Part shown: piece after piece, positions 27,938-34,290 of the stretch | Layout: every line of letters begins with the position of its first letter | Numbering within the stretch: the stretch's first letter is position 1 | From: a virus | Lineage: Duplodnaviria; Caudoviricetes | IMG/VR virus record: IMGVR_UViG_3300030095_002782 | Span: 1 to 39,839 of that record | Strand: one strand, 5' to 3' | Length of the DNA stretch: 39,839 bases | Made by a program: the position numbers and the translations under genes | Notes under the pieces: generated by a model | What the model was told of the DNA's origin: nothing | What the model saw: only the letters and a program-made list of their open reading frames with translations | The model's database searches: none

Positions 27938-28419
27938 AGTTGTTCTATTGTCTCCTTAAAGTTTGAATGTAATTCTTCGTAGTTGCTGTAACCTTTAAAC
28001 TCCGTCGTAAACCAATCAATGTTGGTAAATAAACGTCGATGTCCACCTCCCCATTTATCGCATCGCCAAAGCTCAAAGACTCCAACGTCGTGCGGATCAA
28101 TTTCATAGAACAGCCAATGATGTAAACGCTCTAACTTGTAGTCATCTACGGGAAAGTTATTTTCAATCTCCCAAAACTGAAGAATAAAATCACGTTCTTC
28201 ATCGTCGTTTTCAAGTTTGATAAGACGTGTTCCATCGGGAATAAAAGGAGGGATCATGTCGCTTTTTAGTTCGTCAGTATCCCAATTTGATGTCTCGGCA
28301 TAACCTTCGACCCATTCATATGCTTCTTTAAGTCTTTTCCTTGCTCCGTTTTTTTGAATGTCTGGAAAGTGCTGACTTAGTAATTTAAAACTTTCCGCTT
28401 CAGTATATTTAAGTTTCAT
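27934..28419 (-). CDS. Hypothetical protein
   Basis: ORF from the track; start moved to MKLKYTE because the upstream part overlaps another small ORF. Confidence 0.7.
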   Translation of the reverse strand: MKLKYTEAESFKLLSQHFPDIQKNGARKRLKEAYEWVEGYAETSNWDTDELKSDMIPPFIPDGTRLIKLENDDEERDFILQFWEIENNFPVDDYKLERLHHWLFYEIDPHDVGVFELWRCDKWGGGHRRLFTNIDWFTTEFKGYSNYEELHSNFKETIEQL

Positions 28420-28549
28420 CTTCGTCGTCGTTTTCGTTGTCGTTGTCGTTAGCGTCGATATCAAAGTCGATTAAACCACGATGTCGGTTAATATCGCGTC
28501 TAAGCTCTTGTTGATATTCCGCTCTTATATCTTCGTATTCTTCGTCCAT
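28409..28549 (-). CDS. Small acidic protein (46 aa), not in the ORF track
   Basis: MDEEYEDIRAEYQQELRRDINRHRGLIDFDIDANDNDNENDDEDET*; TAATG coupling to the upstream gene. Confidence 0.7.
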   Translation of the reverse strand: MDEEYEDIRAEYQQELRRDINRHRGLIDFDIDANDNDNENDDEDET

Positions 28550-28863
28550 TATTTTGTGAGTTGAATGTGAAGCTTTTTGTTACGTACTTGGAAGACAAGC
28601 TTGTTACCCACTTCCCCATGACCACGTACTTTGGTAATCCATATACGCTTATCGCCACGTCCTTTAGCTCGGTAGCACGATACAACGCAATCAAGCGTCT
28701 CGTTGTCGATTTTAAGACGAGCATCAATCTTTTCTTTCTCGCCTACTTCTAGATCGTTGTAGTCGATGATACCTTTATTACTTAAAAGTTCACGTACGTC
28801 TTTATTGCAGTCACATATACTTTTGTTAAGCATCGTGTCGGTTATATTAATTATAGCTTTCAT
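28549..28863 (-). CDS. Protein resembling the N-terminal domain of long MvaI/BcnI-family proteins
   Basis: T.L.KSI.D....VR..L...GI.DY....G ... S.YR....GD.RIW pattern (recalled, not searched). Confidence 0.55.
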   Translation of the reverse strand: MKAIINITDTMLNKSICDCNKDVRELLSNKGIIDYNDLEVGEKEKIDARLKIDNETLDCVVSCYRAKGRGDKRIWITKVRGHGEVGNKLVFQVRNKKLHIQLTK

Positions 28864-29052
28864 TTATTTGTTGGTTGTTTTGGTTTTGTCGTATTGGTTG
28901 AATTGTTGTTTGGTTGATGTCGCGATCCACTCGTAGAAATACTTCCACGAACCATCTGCGAACGCGTAAATAAGCTCGCCGTTCTTGGTGCGTTCAAGTT
29001 TTGGTTGGATGGTAGATCGTCGGTTAGTAAATAATCCGCTTGGTATAGTCAT
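28864..29052 (-). CDS. Hypothetical protein
   Basis: 62 aa, abutting its neighbours. Confidence 0.65.
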   Translation of the reverse strand: MTIPSGLFTNRRSTIQPKLERTKNGELIYAFADGSWKYFYEWIATSTKQQFNQYDKTKTTNK

Positions 29053-29252
29053 TACAAATATTGTTCGTCTGTTGTAGTTAGTCGGTATTCCTTAAACCAC
29101 CTAGAATCTAAATCGTCAGGGTTATGGTTACGTTCCTTACAAAAATCAGCTATGACGTTACAAAGCTTTTTTTCTTCGAGCCATTCTTTAAAAATATAAG
29201 TTCGAGGTATTTCTTCGCTAAGACACGTAAGTGTAAGTATTGTTATTTTCAT
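29052..29252 (-). CDS. Hypothetical protein
   Basis: 66 aa, TAATG coupling to the next gene, A-rich leader. Confidence 0.7.
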   Translation of the reverse strand: MKITILTLTCLSEEIPRTYIFKEWLEEKKLCNVIADFCKERNHNPDDLDSRWFKEYRLTTTDEQYL

Positions 29253-29267
29253 TTTGTTTATTGGTTA

Positions 29268-29537
29268 TTATTGTTCTTCAAGTCGTTGTTCTATTTCTTC
29301 TCGTGTTATAACGTCAACGTAAATCGGCGTGCCTTCGCTCACGTACGCTGTAAACGTATTAAACTCAAGATACTCCAACGCTTCAGTCGATTTCATACCG
29401 TCGCGTTTTACAAGTATGTCGACCATCTTCCAAGCGTCGTATACAACGCGTTCAATGCCGTTAATGCGGTCGGATGTAATGCCGATTATAGCGGAATCGA
29501 ATCCGTCGGCAAAAAGCGTTTTAGGTGTGTTGTTCAT
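29268..29537 (-). CDS. Conserved hypothetical phage protein
   Basis: ADGFD.AIIG...VVYD...L...DGM...EA.EY.EFN...AY..E.TP pattern; ATGA-coupled start. Confidence 0.75.
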   Translation of the reverse strand: MNNTPKTLFADGFDSAIIGITSDRINGIERVVYDAWKMVDILVKRDGMKSTEALEYLEFNTFTAYVSEGTPIYVDVITREEIEQRLEEQ

Positions 29538-29617
29538 CGGTCGCCTTTCTCCCAATATAATAAGCCAAAGCCTAGTAGTAAGATCATGGCAAGCGTGAAT
29601 AGTGTTATAATGTCCAT
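29534..29617 (-). CDS. Single-TM microprotein (27 aa), not in the ORF track
   Basis: MDIITLFTLAMILLLGFGLLYWEKGDR*; ATGA overlap with the next gene. Confidence 0.6.
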   Translation of the reverse strand: MDIITLFTLAMILLLGFGLLYWEKGDR

Positions 29618-29636
29618 ATGTTTAGTCGGTTAATAA

Positions 29637-29867
29637 TTAGTTATAGCGTTCGCATAACGCAGTTAGTTCGTCGTCCTTATCGAGCATGGAAAGCGACTCG
29701 TCGGGATTAGTCTCGACCCAAAACGCCCATCCTTCTTTCCAATCGGATTCGTTGTAGTCGATCCAAGCGCCCGAACGCTCTCGGTTAATCTCGTTAAGAA
29801 CTTGTGACAATGTCCACGTATGAACGCGGTTGTTGTCGTGTTTGATTTTATATGTGGTTGTTATCAT
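29637..29867 (-). CDS. Hypothetical protein
   Basis: WTL..VL.EINR.RS..W.DYNESDW.EGW; start MITTTYK just downstream of a promoter. Confidence 0.75.
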   Translation of the reverse strand: MITTTYKIKHDNNRVHTWTLSQVLNEINRERSGAWIDYNESDWKEGWAFWVETNPDESLSMLDKDDELTALCERYN

Positions 29868-29875
29868 GTTTTCCG

Positions 29876-29903
29876 ACGATGTGAAAAAACGTAAAAGACG
29901 CAA
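29876..29903 (-). promoter_or_regulatory. Host sigma70-type promoter for the operon leading to int and RNAP
   Basis: TTGCGT-16 nt-CATCGT. Confidence 0.55.
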
Positions 29904-29960
29904 GCACTAATTTTTTAAAAACACGTAAACTCCGCTTAAACACTAGCGGACACGTATATA

Positions 29961-30235
29961 AAAAATTTTAGTCGGTTAGTCGGTTAAAAATTTTTAAAAG
30001 GATTTTGGACGCGAGATTGAGACCGATAAAACGCGATTGGAAAACGCAAAAAATGCGATTAAAGACGAACGATAAAACAACCTTGCCGCATATTTTTATT
30101 GAGACCGATTTGAGACCAATTTAAGACCTTGCCGCATATTGTTAAAATTGCGTTTTTAAAGTTCAAGTTTACAAGTTCAAGATGATTAAAAGAAATAATA
30201 TTAGTTATTAGATAAACTTTAAACGATTGAGACGA
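29961..30235. repeat. AT-rich intergenic region with clustered short repeats
   Basis: TTGAGAC near 30017, 30099, 30110, 30227 (variant 30121); CCTTGCCGCATATT at 30081 and 30127; TAGTCGGT twice; AAGTTCAAG twice. Confidence 0.75.
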
Positions 30236-30246
30236 AAAAAAAGTTA

Positions 30247-30274
30247 TTGACGCGATTAAGCTTTTTCACATTCT
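30247..30274 (+). promoter_or_regulatory. Host sigma70-type promoter for the plus-strand operon
   Basis: TTGACG-16 nt-CATTCT with upstream A-tract. Confidence 0.55.
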
Positions 30275-30320
30275 TGGCTTTTCACTTATATTAATACCTA
30301 ACAAAACAAAATTAATTATT

Positions 30321-30599
30321 ATGAGAGCATATCCAATATGGAATCAAGTTGACGCTTGTATCTATCAATCAAATAAATCATTTGGAGCAAAACAAGTTTC
30401 CAATATAAATGTTAAAGTTGGCACATCTGCACAGAATAGTCATGACTTCTTAACGCATTGTACTACGCATAAAGAGCATGAAAATGGAGATAAAGAGTTT
30501 CGCTTTTATGTTGATGGAAAATGTATCAAAAGAGTACTTGTAACAAAGAAAACACAAAAGCTTAAAAAACTATCTGTACGCGATATACCTAGAAAGTAA
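30321..30599 (+). CDS. Hypothetical protein (plus-strand operon gene 1)
   Basis: 92 aa, A-rich leader, no minus-strand gene here. Confidence 0.8.
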   Translation: MRAYPIWNQVDACIYQSNKSFGAKQVSNINVKVGTSAQNSHDFLTHCTTHKEHENGDKEFRFYVDGKCIKRVLVTKKTQKLKKLSVRDIPRK

Positions 30600-30606
30600 A
30601 AACATT

Positions 30607-30765
30607 ATGACAAGTAAAGAATATATAAAACGCGAGTTACTAAAACTTAAAAAATCTAAATACGCGTTAAAGGTCAAAATTATCGACAACGAAAACAATC
30701 AAACTAATTACATCAACTTAAACAAAGAATTAATAAAACAATTAAAAACAAATGAACAACGATAA
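30607..30765 (+). CDS. Small basic protein (52 aa), not in the ORF track
   Basis: MTSKEYIKRELLKLKKSKYALKVKIIDNENNQTNYINLNKELIKQLKTNEQR*. Confidence 0.7.
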   Translation: MTSKEYIKRELLKLKKSKYALKVKIIDNENNQTNYINLNKELIKQLKTNEQR

Positions 30766-30910
30766 AGATTTAACAATGCAAGATTGGTTTGAACGAGAAG
30801 AACGCGAATTAAGGCGATCAACTAAGTTCCGCTTGCAACTTTTATTAATACCAGTTGTTGCTGTGTTTGGTTGGGTCATTCTTTTGGCGTTAATGATTAA
30901 AAACAATTAA
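30752..30910 (+). CDS. Small protein with C-terminal TM helix (52 aa), not in the ORF track
   Basis: MNNDKDLTMQDWFEREERELRRSTKFRLQLLLIPVVAVFGWVILLALMIKNN*. Confidence 0.7.
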   Translation: MNNDKDLTMQDWFEREERELRRSTKFRLQLLLIPVVAVFGWVILLALMIKNN

Positions 30911-30917
30911 AATAATT

Positions 30918-31208
30918 ATGAACATTAAAATTAACGCTAGAGAAGATTCAATGGGTTGTTTAACTTTAACGCCAATTAAACAATCTTATATCGATCAAAT
31001 CATTGACTATCTAAAAGAGTTTAATGTCGATTCAGACGGTTCAGTATTCTTACAATTTGAAAGCGATATTGAATATTTTTATAACGATTGTAACGCACGA
31101 CAAAGGAAAGATATTCAATCAGGTTGGGGAGCGACTATGTTATTTGATGCATGGACATTTTTAACAATGATCGGTTGGGACGCAAACGAAGGTTTACAGC
31201 TTAAATAA
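30918..31208 (+). CDS. Hypothetical acidic protein
   Basis: 96 aa ORF in the plus-strand operon. Confidence 0.8.
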   Translation: MNIKINAREDSMGCLTLTPIKQSYIDQIIDYLKEFNVDSDGSVFLQFESDIEYFYNDCNARQRKDIQSGWGATMLFDAWTFLTMIGWDANEGLQLK

Positions 31209-31210
31209 TT

Positions 31211-31369
31211 ATGAAAGAAGGTGACACAATAGAATATAAAGACGACAACGGCGACAAATTGAAAGGTAAAGTTATATTGATATTTACTTCTCTATGCGGT
31301 CATAAATGCGTTCACATTAATAATTTCTTTCAAACTCGATTTGTTAAGGATGTAAAATTGATTCAATAA
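31211..31369 (+). CDS. Small protein (52 aa), possibly an SH3-like beta fold, not in the ORF track
   Basis: MKEGDTIEYKDDNGDKLKGKVILIFTSLCGHKCVHINNFFQTRFVKDVKLIQ*. Confidence 0.65.
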   Translation: MKEGDTIEYKDDNGDKLKGKVILIFTSLCGHKCVHINNFFQTRFVKDVKLIQ

Positions 31370-31393
31370 CTAAGACAAACAAACAAACTCATT

Positions 31394-31429
31394 AAAGCCC
31401 GTTTTAACGCGATTAAGACGGGCTTTTTT
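31394..31429 (+). terminator. Intrinsic terminator of the plus-strand operon
   Basis: AAAGCCCGTTTTAA-CGCGA-TTAAGACGGGC followed by TTTTTT. Confidence 0.85.
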
Positions 31430-31494
31430 ATGTCCGCATGTAAAAGTATGGGTTCGCGATTGAAAAGCGTTTTAAAGGCGTTATACGAAGGCAC

Positions 31495-31523
31495 AAAAAA
31501 ACCATCGCGTTTAAAACGATGGT
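31495..31523 (-). terminator. Intrinsic terminator of the first early operon
   Basis: ACCATCG/CGATGGT stem followed by a 7-T run on the minus strand. Confidence 0.8.
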
Positions 31524-31553
31524 CTTGTTGTTGGTTGTTTGGCGTTTTAAGCT

Positions 31554-31775
31554 TTAAGAGTTAACATGGTACAAGTAATCCGCCCAAAACTTCGAGTCCT
31601 CGTTTGATGTGATTTCGTCTATCGTTTTTTTAATCTCGTTTATCTTATGCTCTACGCTACCACGCGTTGCTGTTGTCAAGATATCAAACTCACGAATAAG
31701 TAAATCTTCGTAATTGCGTTTTAAAGCTTTCAATTCTTTTAAAGTCATTAAATCGAGTTGTTTCATAATTTTCAT
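31554..31775 (-). CDS. Early hypothetical protein (helical)
   Basis: 73 aa ORF with the repeated leader. Confidence 0.75.
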   Translation of the reverse strand: MKIMKQLDLMTLKELKALKRNYEDLLIREFDILTTATRGSVEHKINEIKKTIDEITSNEDSKFWADYLYHVNS

Positions 31776-31802
31776 ATTGTTGTTTGTTTCGCGTTTAGAT
31801 AT

Positions 31803-32030
31803 TTATTCTGTTGCTGTGTGCCCTGTGTAATAAGCATTGTTATTCAGCCAATTTATCAGTTCTTTTTTAGTTGTAGGTATATATTCAGTTTCTACTTCAT
31901 CGCATGAATGCCCGCTATCTCCCGCGTTTTCTTCATAATACTTTAACGCTTTTTTCGCGTTTCTTTTCGCTTCAAGTTTGTTTGCATAATAGCATTTTCT
32001 TCCATCTTCTAAGGTCATGTATATTTTCAT
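31803..32030 (-). CDS. Early hypothetical protein
   Basis: 75 aa; PTTK.ELI.WLN motif; repeated leader. Confidence 0.75.
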   Translation of the reverse strand: MKIYMTLEDGRKCYYANKLEAKRNAKKALKYYEENAGDSGHSCDEVETEYIPTTKKELINWLNNNAYYTGHTATE

Positions 32031-32050
32031 AATTGTTGGTTGGTTCGCGT

Positions 32051-32317
32051 TTAAGCTTCTTCTATTAAGGCATAAGCTTTTTCTAGTTCTATCTGTTCGT
32101 TGATTTCTTTTTGTCGTGTAAGTTCTTTGATCTCGTTTTGATCATCTTCGTTTACAATATCACAAAAGTTTTCCATTGATCTGTCGTATTCTATCTGATC
32201 ATTTGTTAAATCGTTTGTACTTATTCGAGATAAAAAATCATGTACTCGCGTTTCTAAATCATTTTCATCTGTAGCGTAAAAGTAAAGGGAATCAAAATTA
32301 ATTTCGTATAGTTTCAT
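32051..32317 (-). CDS. Early acidic hypothetical protein
   Basis: 88 aa, 24 D/E against 8 K/R; repeated leader. Confidence 0.75.
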   Translation of the reverse strand: MKLYEINFDSLYFYATDENDLETRVHDFLSRISTNDLTNDQIEYDRSMENFCDIVNEDDQNEIKELTRQKEINEQIELEKAYALIEEA

Positions 32318-32345
32318 AATAATGTTGGTTTGGTTGGTTCGCGTT

Positions 32346-32642
32346 TTAAGCTTTAATCTCGTTTATAATTTCAAACGCTTCTGAAATCTTGTTTAGCTTT
32401 TTAGTCTTTTCTCGCAGTTCATAAATAACATGTTGCAAGATTAAATAATCTTCTTTTGCTATTGCTTGTAAAGCTTCCCATCTAGTGATGTTACAAAAGT
32501 TCTCACTATCAGCCCAACGATTGAAAATTTCAACGGGTTGTAGCTTTTCATTGACTTCTATTTCTTCAATGGTCTTAGGTTTTCTTAATTTCCAATAGCG
32601 TTTGATTGATGCATCCGATACTTGATAACTTGTTTTATTCAT
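32346..32642 (-). CDS. Early hypothetical protein
   Basis: Start MNKTSYQ preceded by AGGAGA RBS. Confidence 0.75.
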   Translation of the reverse strand: MNKTSYQVSDASIKRYWKLRKPKTIEEIEVNEKLQPVEIFNRWADSENFCNITRWEALQAIAKEDYLILQHVIYELREKTKKLNKISEAFEIINEIKA

Positions 32643-32655
32643 TGTTTTGGTCTCC

Positions 32656-32820
32656 TTATGCGTTGATAACAATTCGGCAAATGTACCCAAAGTTTTTTCT
32701 GATGACTTGTGTGTGATACCCAAGTTTTGGATTGCGCCAAGCATCTGCAATTTCTTGAGCTTTTTCTTTAGTGGTAACATTTCCTATTGTGGAATCGAAT
32801 CGTTTTAATTTGTTGTTCAT
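32656..32820 (-). CDS. Early small protein (54 aa), not in the ORF track
   Basis: MNNKLKRFDSTIGNVTTKEKAQEIADAWRNPKLGYHTQVIRKNFGYICRIVINA*; its stop abuts the next RBS. Confidence 0.7.
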   Translation of the reverse strand: MNNKLKRFDSTIGNVTTKEKAQEIADAWRNPKLGYHTQVIRKNFGYICRIVINA

Positions 32821-32869
32821 GTTTTATTCAAAGTTTTTTATTATTCTTCTATCTCGGTTACTTGTTTCC

Positions 32870-33241
32870 TTAATCTAATGGAATAAATTTAAGTGGATCA
32901 CTATATTGCTCGCCATTAATTTTTACTGAGTATCTACGCCCCTCACATTCAACTATATCGCCTTGATCGATGCGTTGGGCTTTTTCCCATTCCTTGCGTT
33001 CCGCTTCTAAACTTTCGGCTTTACCTTTATAATCAGCGGAAATAACTGAGCAATGTTGAAAACACGCAAGAAATTCCCAACCATTTTTAATCGTTCTTGA
33101 TTCCGCTTCTTTTGGACAATCACCATGTTTTAAAGCATATCCACGCGGAGTAACAAGTTCGATTTTGTTTGTGAATCTAAAAGAGCGGACAACAACTTGT
33201 TGACCATGAGTAAGATTTATAATTTCGTTTTTTAATTTCAT
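32870..33241 (-). CDS. First early hypothetical protein
   Basis: Start MKLKN after a CAACAAT leader, downstream of a promoter. Confidence 0.75.
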   Translation of the reverse strand: MKLKNEIINLTHGQQVVVRSFRFTNKIELVTPRGYALKHGDCPKEAESRTIKNGWEFLACFQHCSVISADYKGKAESLEAERKEWEKAQRIDQGDIVECEGRRYSVKINGEQYSDPLKFIPLD

Positions 33242-33275
33242 ATTGTTGTTTTGTTTGGAATTAATAATGATCGCA

Positions 33276-33303
33276 ATCATGCAAAAATCTTAAAAGCTGT
33301 CAA
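33276..33303 (-). promoter_or_regulatory. Host sigma70-type early promoter
   Basis: TTGACA-16 nt-CATGAT. Confidence 0.7.
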
Positions 33304-33782
33304 ATCGATAATACTCAATACCGCATGAATACTCGCCAAGAATCTTTTCAAGCGGAAAGAGTAAAAACGATTTAAAGCTTATTGAGACGCTATTGATACA
33401 TCCCTGTATGCCGTTCAAGAATGTTTTGAAAGTGCGATTAAAGCTTGAAAGAAAAAAACAATAGTAAACACGAATATACGCTAATGATAACCGATTATCA
33501 TTAATAAGCTTTGATTTGCTTTACACGAGTAGCACAAACAAGGCTTTACCGCGTTATAACTAGTCAATGCGATAATATATCCTTTGCCTTGTCAGTATTT
33601 AAAAGAGATTGATTGTTTAGTTGTGACCATACTGTGTCCCACAGGAAAAAATCGTCAACCACTAGGGGGGAACACGAACGCTTACGTACTAGATAAGACC
33701 ATTCACACTTTTTTACCAAAACTTTTTAAGCGCATCTTTATCGCATCTTTAACGGCGCTTTAAGCGCGTTCTTATCGTCGTC
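33304..33782. other. Non-coding region probably containing the physical genome ends / terminal repeat
   Basis: Lies between the last late gene and the first early promoter, as in T7-like genomes; degenerate short tandem repeats at 33725-33790. Confidence 0.6.
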
Positions 33783-34004
33783 TTAAAACGGTTCTTCACC
33801 TGTATCGTCTTGATGGTCGTCCCAGAAGTCGTCATCCATTTCGAACTCGACATCCATCGAGCTTGATTCGAGTAAGTATTCCATCTTTACCATTTCCAAC
33901 ACGCCTACGATGGTCGCATGATTAAGGTCAAATTCGTCGCTATAACGTTTTACAACGTTTCCAACCGCGTAACAAAAAGCATCTGTTTGTTCGTTGATAT
34001 CCAT
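33783..34004 (-). CDS. Small acidic hypothetical protein after the terminase
   Basis: 73 aa; IVGVLEMVK motif and acidic tail. Confidence 0.75.
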   Translation of the reverse strand: MDINEQTDAFCYAVGNVVKRYSDEFDLNHATIVGVLEMVKMEYLLESSSMDVEFEMDDDFWDDHQDDTGEEPF

Positions 34005-34034
34005 AGGTTTAGGTGATAGTCGTAAATTTAAGGG

Positions 34035-34061
34035 TTGACAGATTGAAAAACGCGATATAAT
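34035..34061 (+). promoter_or_regulatory. Consensus sigma70-like promoter facing antisense to terL
   Basis: TTGACA-15 nt-TATAAT. Confidence 0.45.
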
Positions 34062-34290
34062 CCTATTTATAGGACGTCTATAGCGTGTCTTTGTATATAC
34101 GCGTATATAACGCGATTCAAATCGAAACGGACGTATTTATATCGCAAGTTACTACTGATGATTTAACAAACAAACTTGTATCACGAGTAAGCTTTAATAA
34201 GCGATTAACAAGTCCTTTATATCGTCCTTCATACTTAACGTTAAACCGCATTAAAATCGTTTACATTTATGTCGTCGTTTATAACGCGTG

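Noticed and set aside
27934-28464. Poly-Thr N-terminus of the 176-aa ORF
   Set aside because: It is an alternate-frame reading of the acidic microprotein's tail; the real start is probably 28419
29961-30235. CRISPR array or mini-array
   Set aside because: Repeats are 7-14 bp with irregular spacing, with no constant repeat-spacer period and no cas genes
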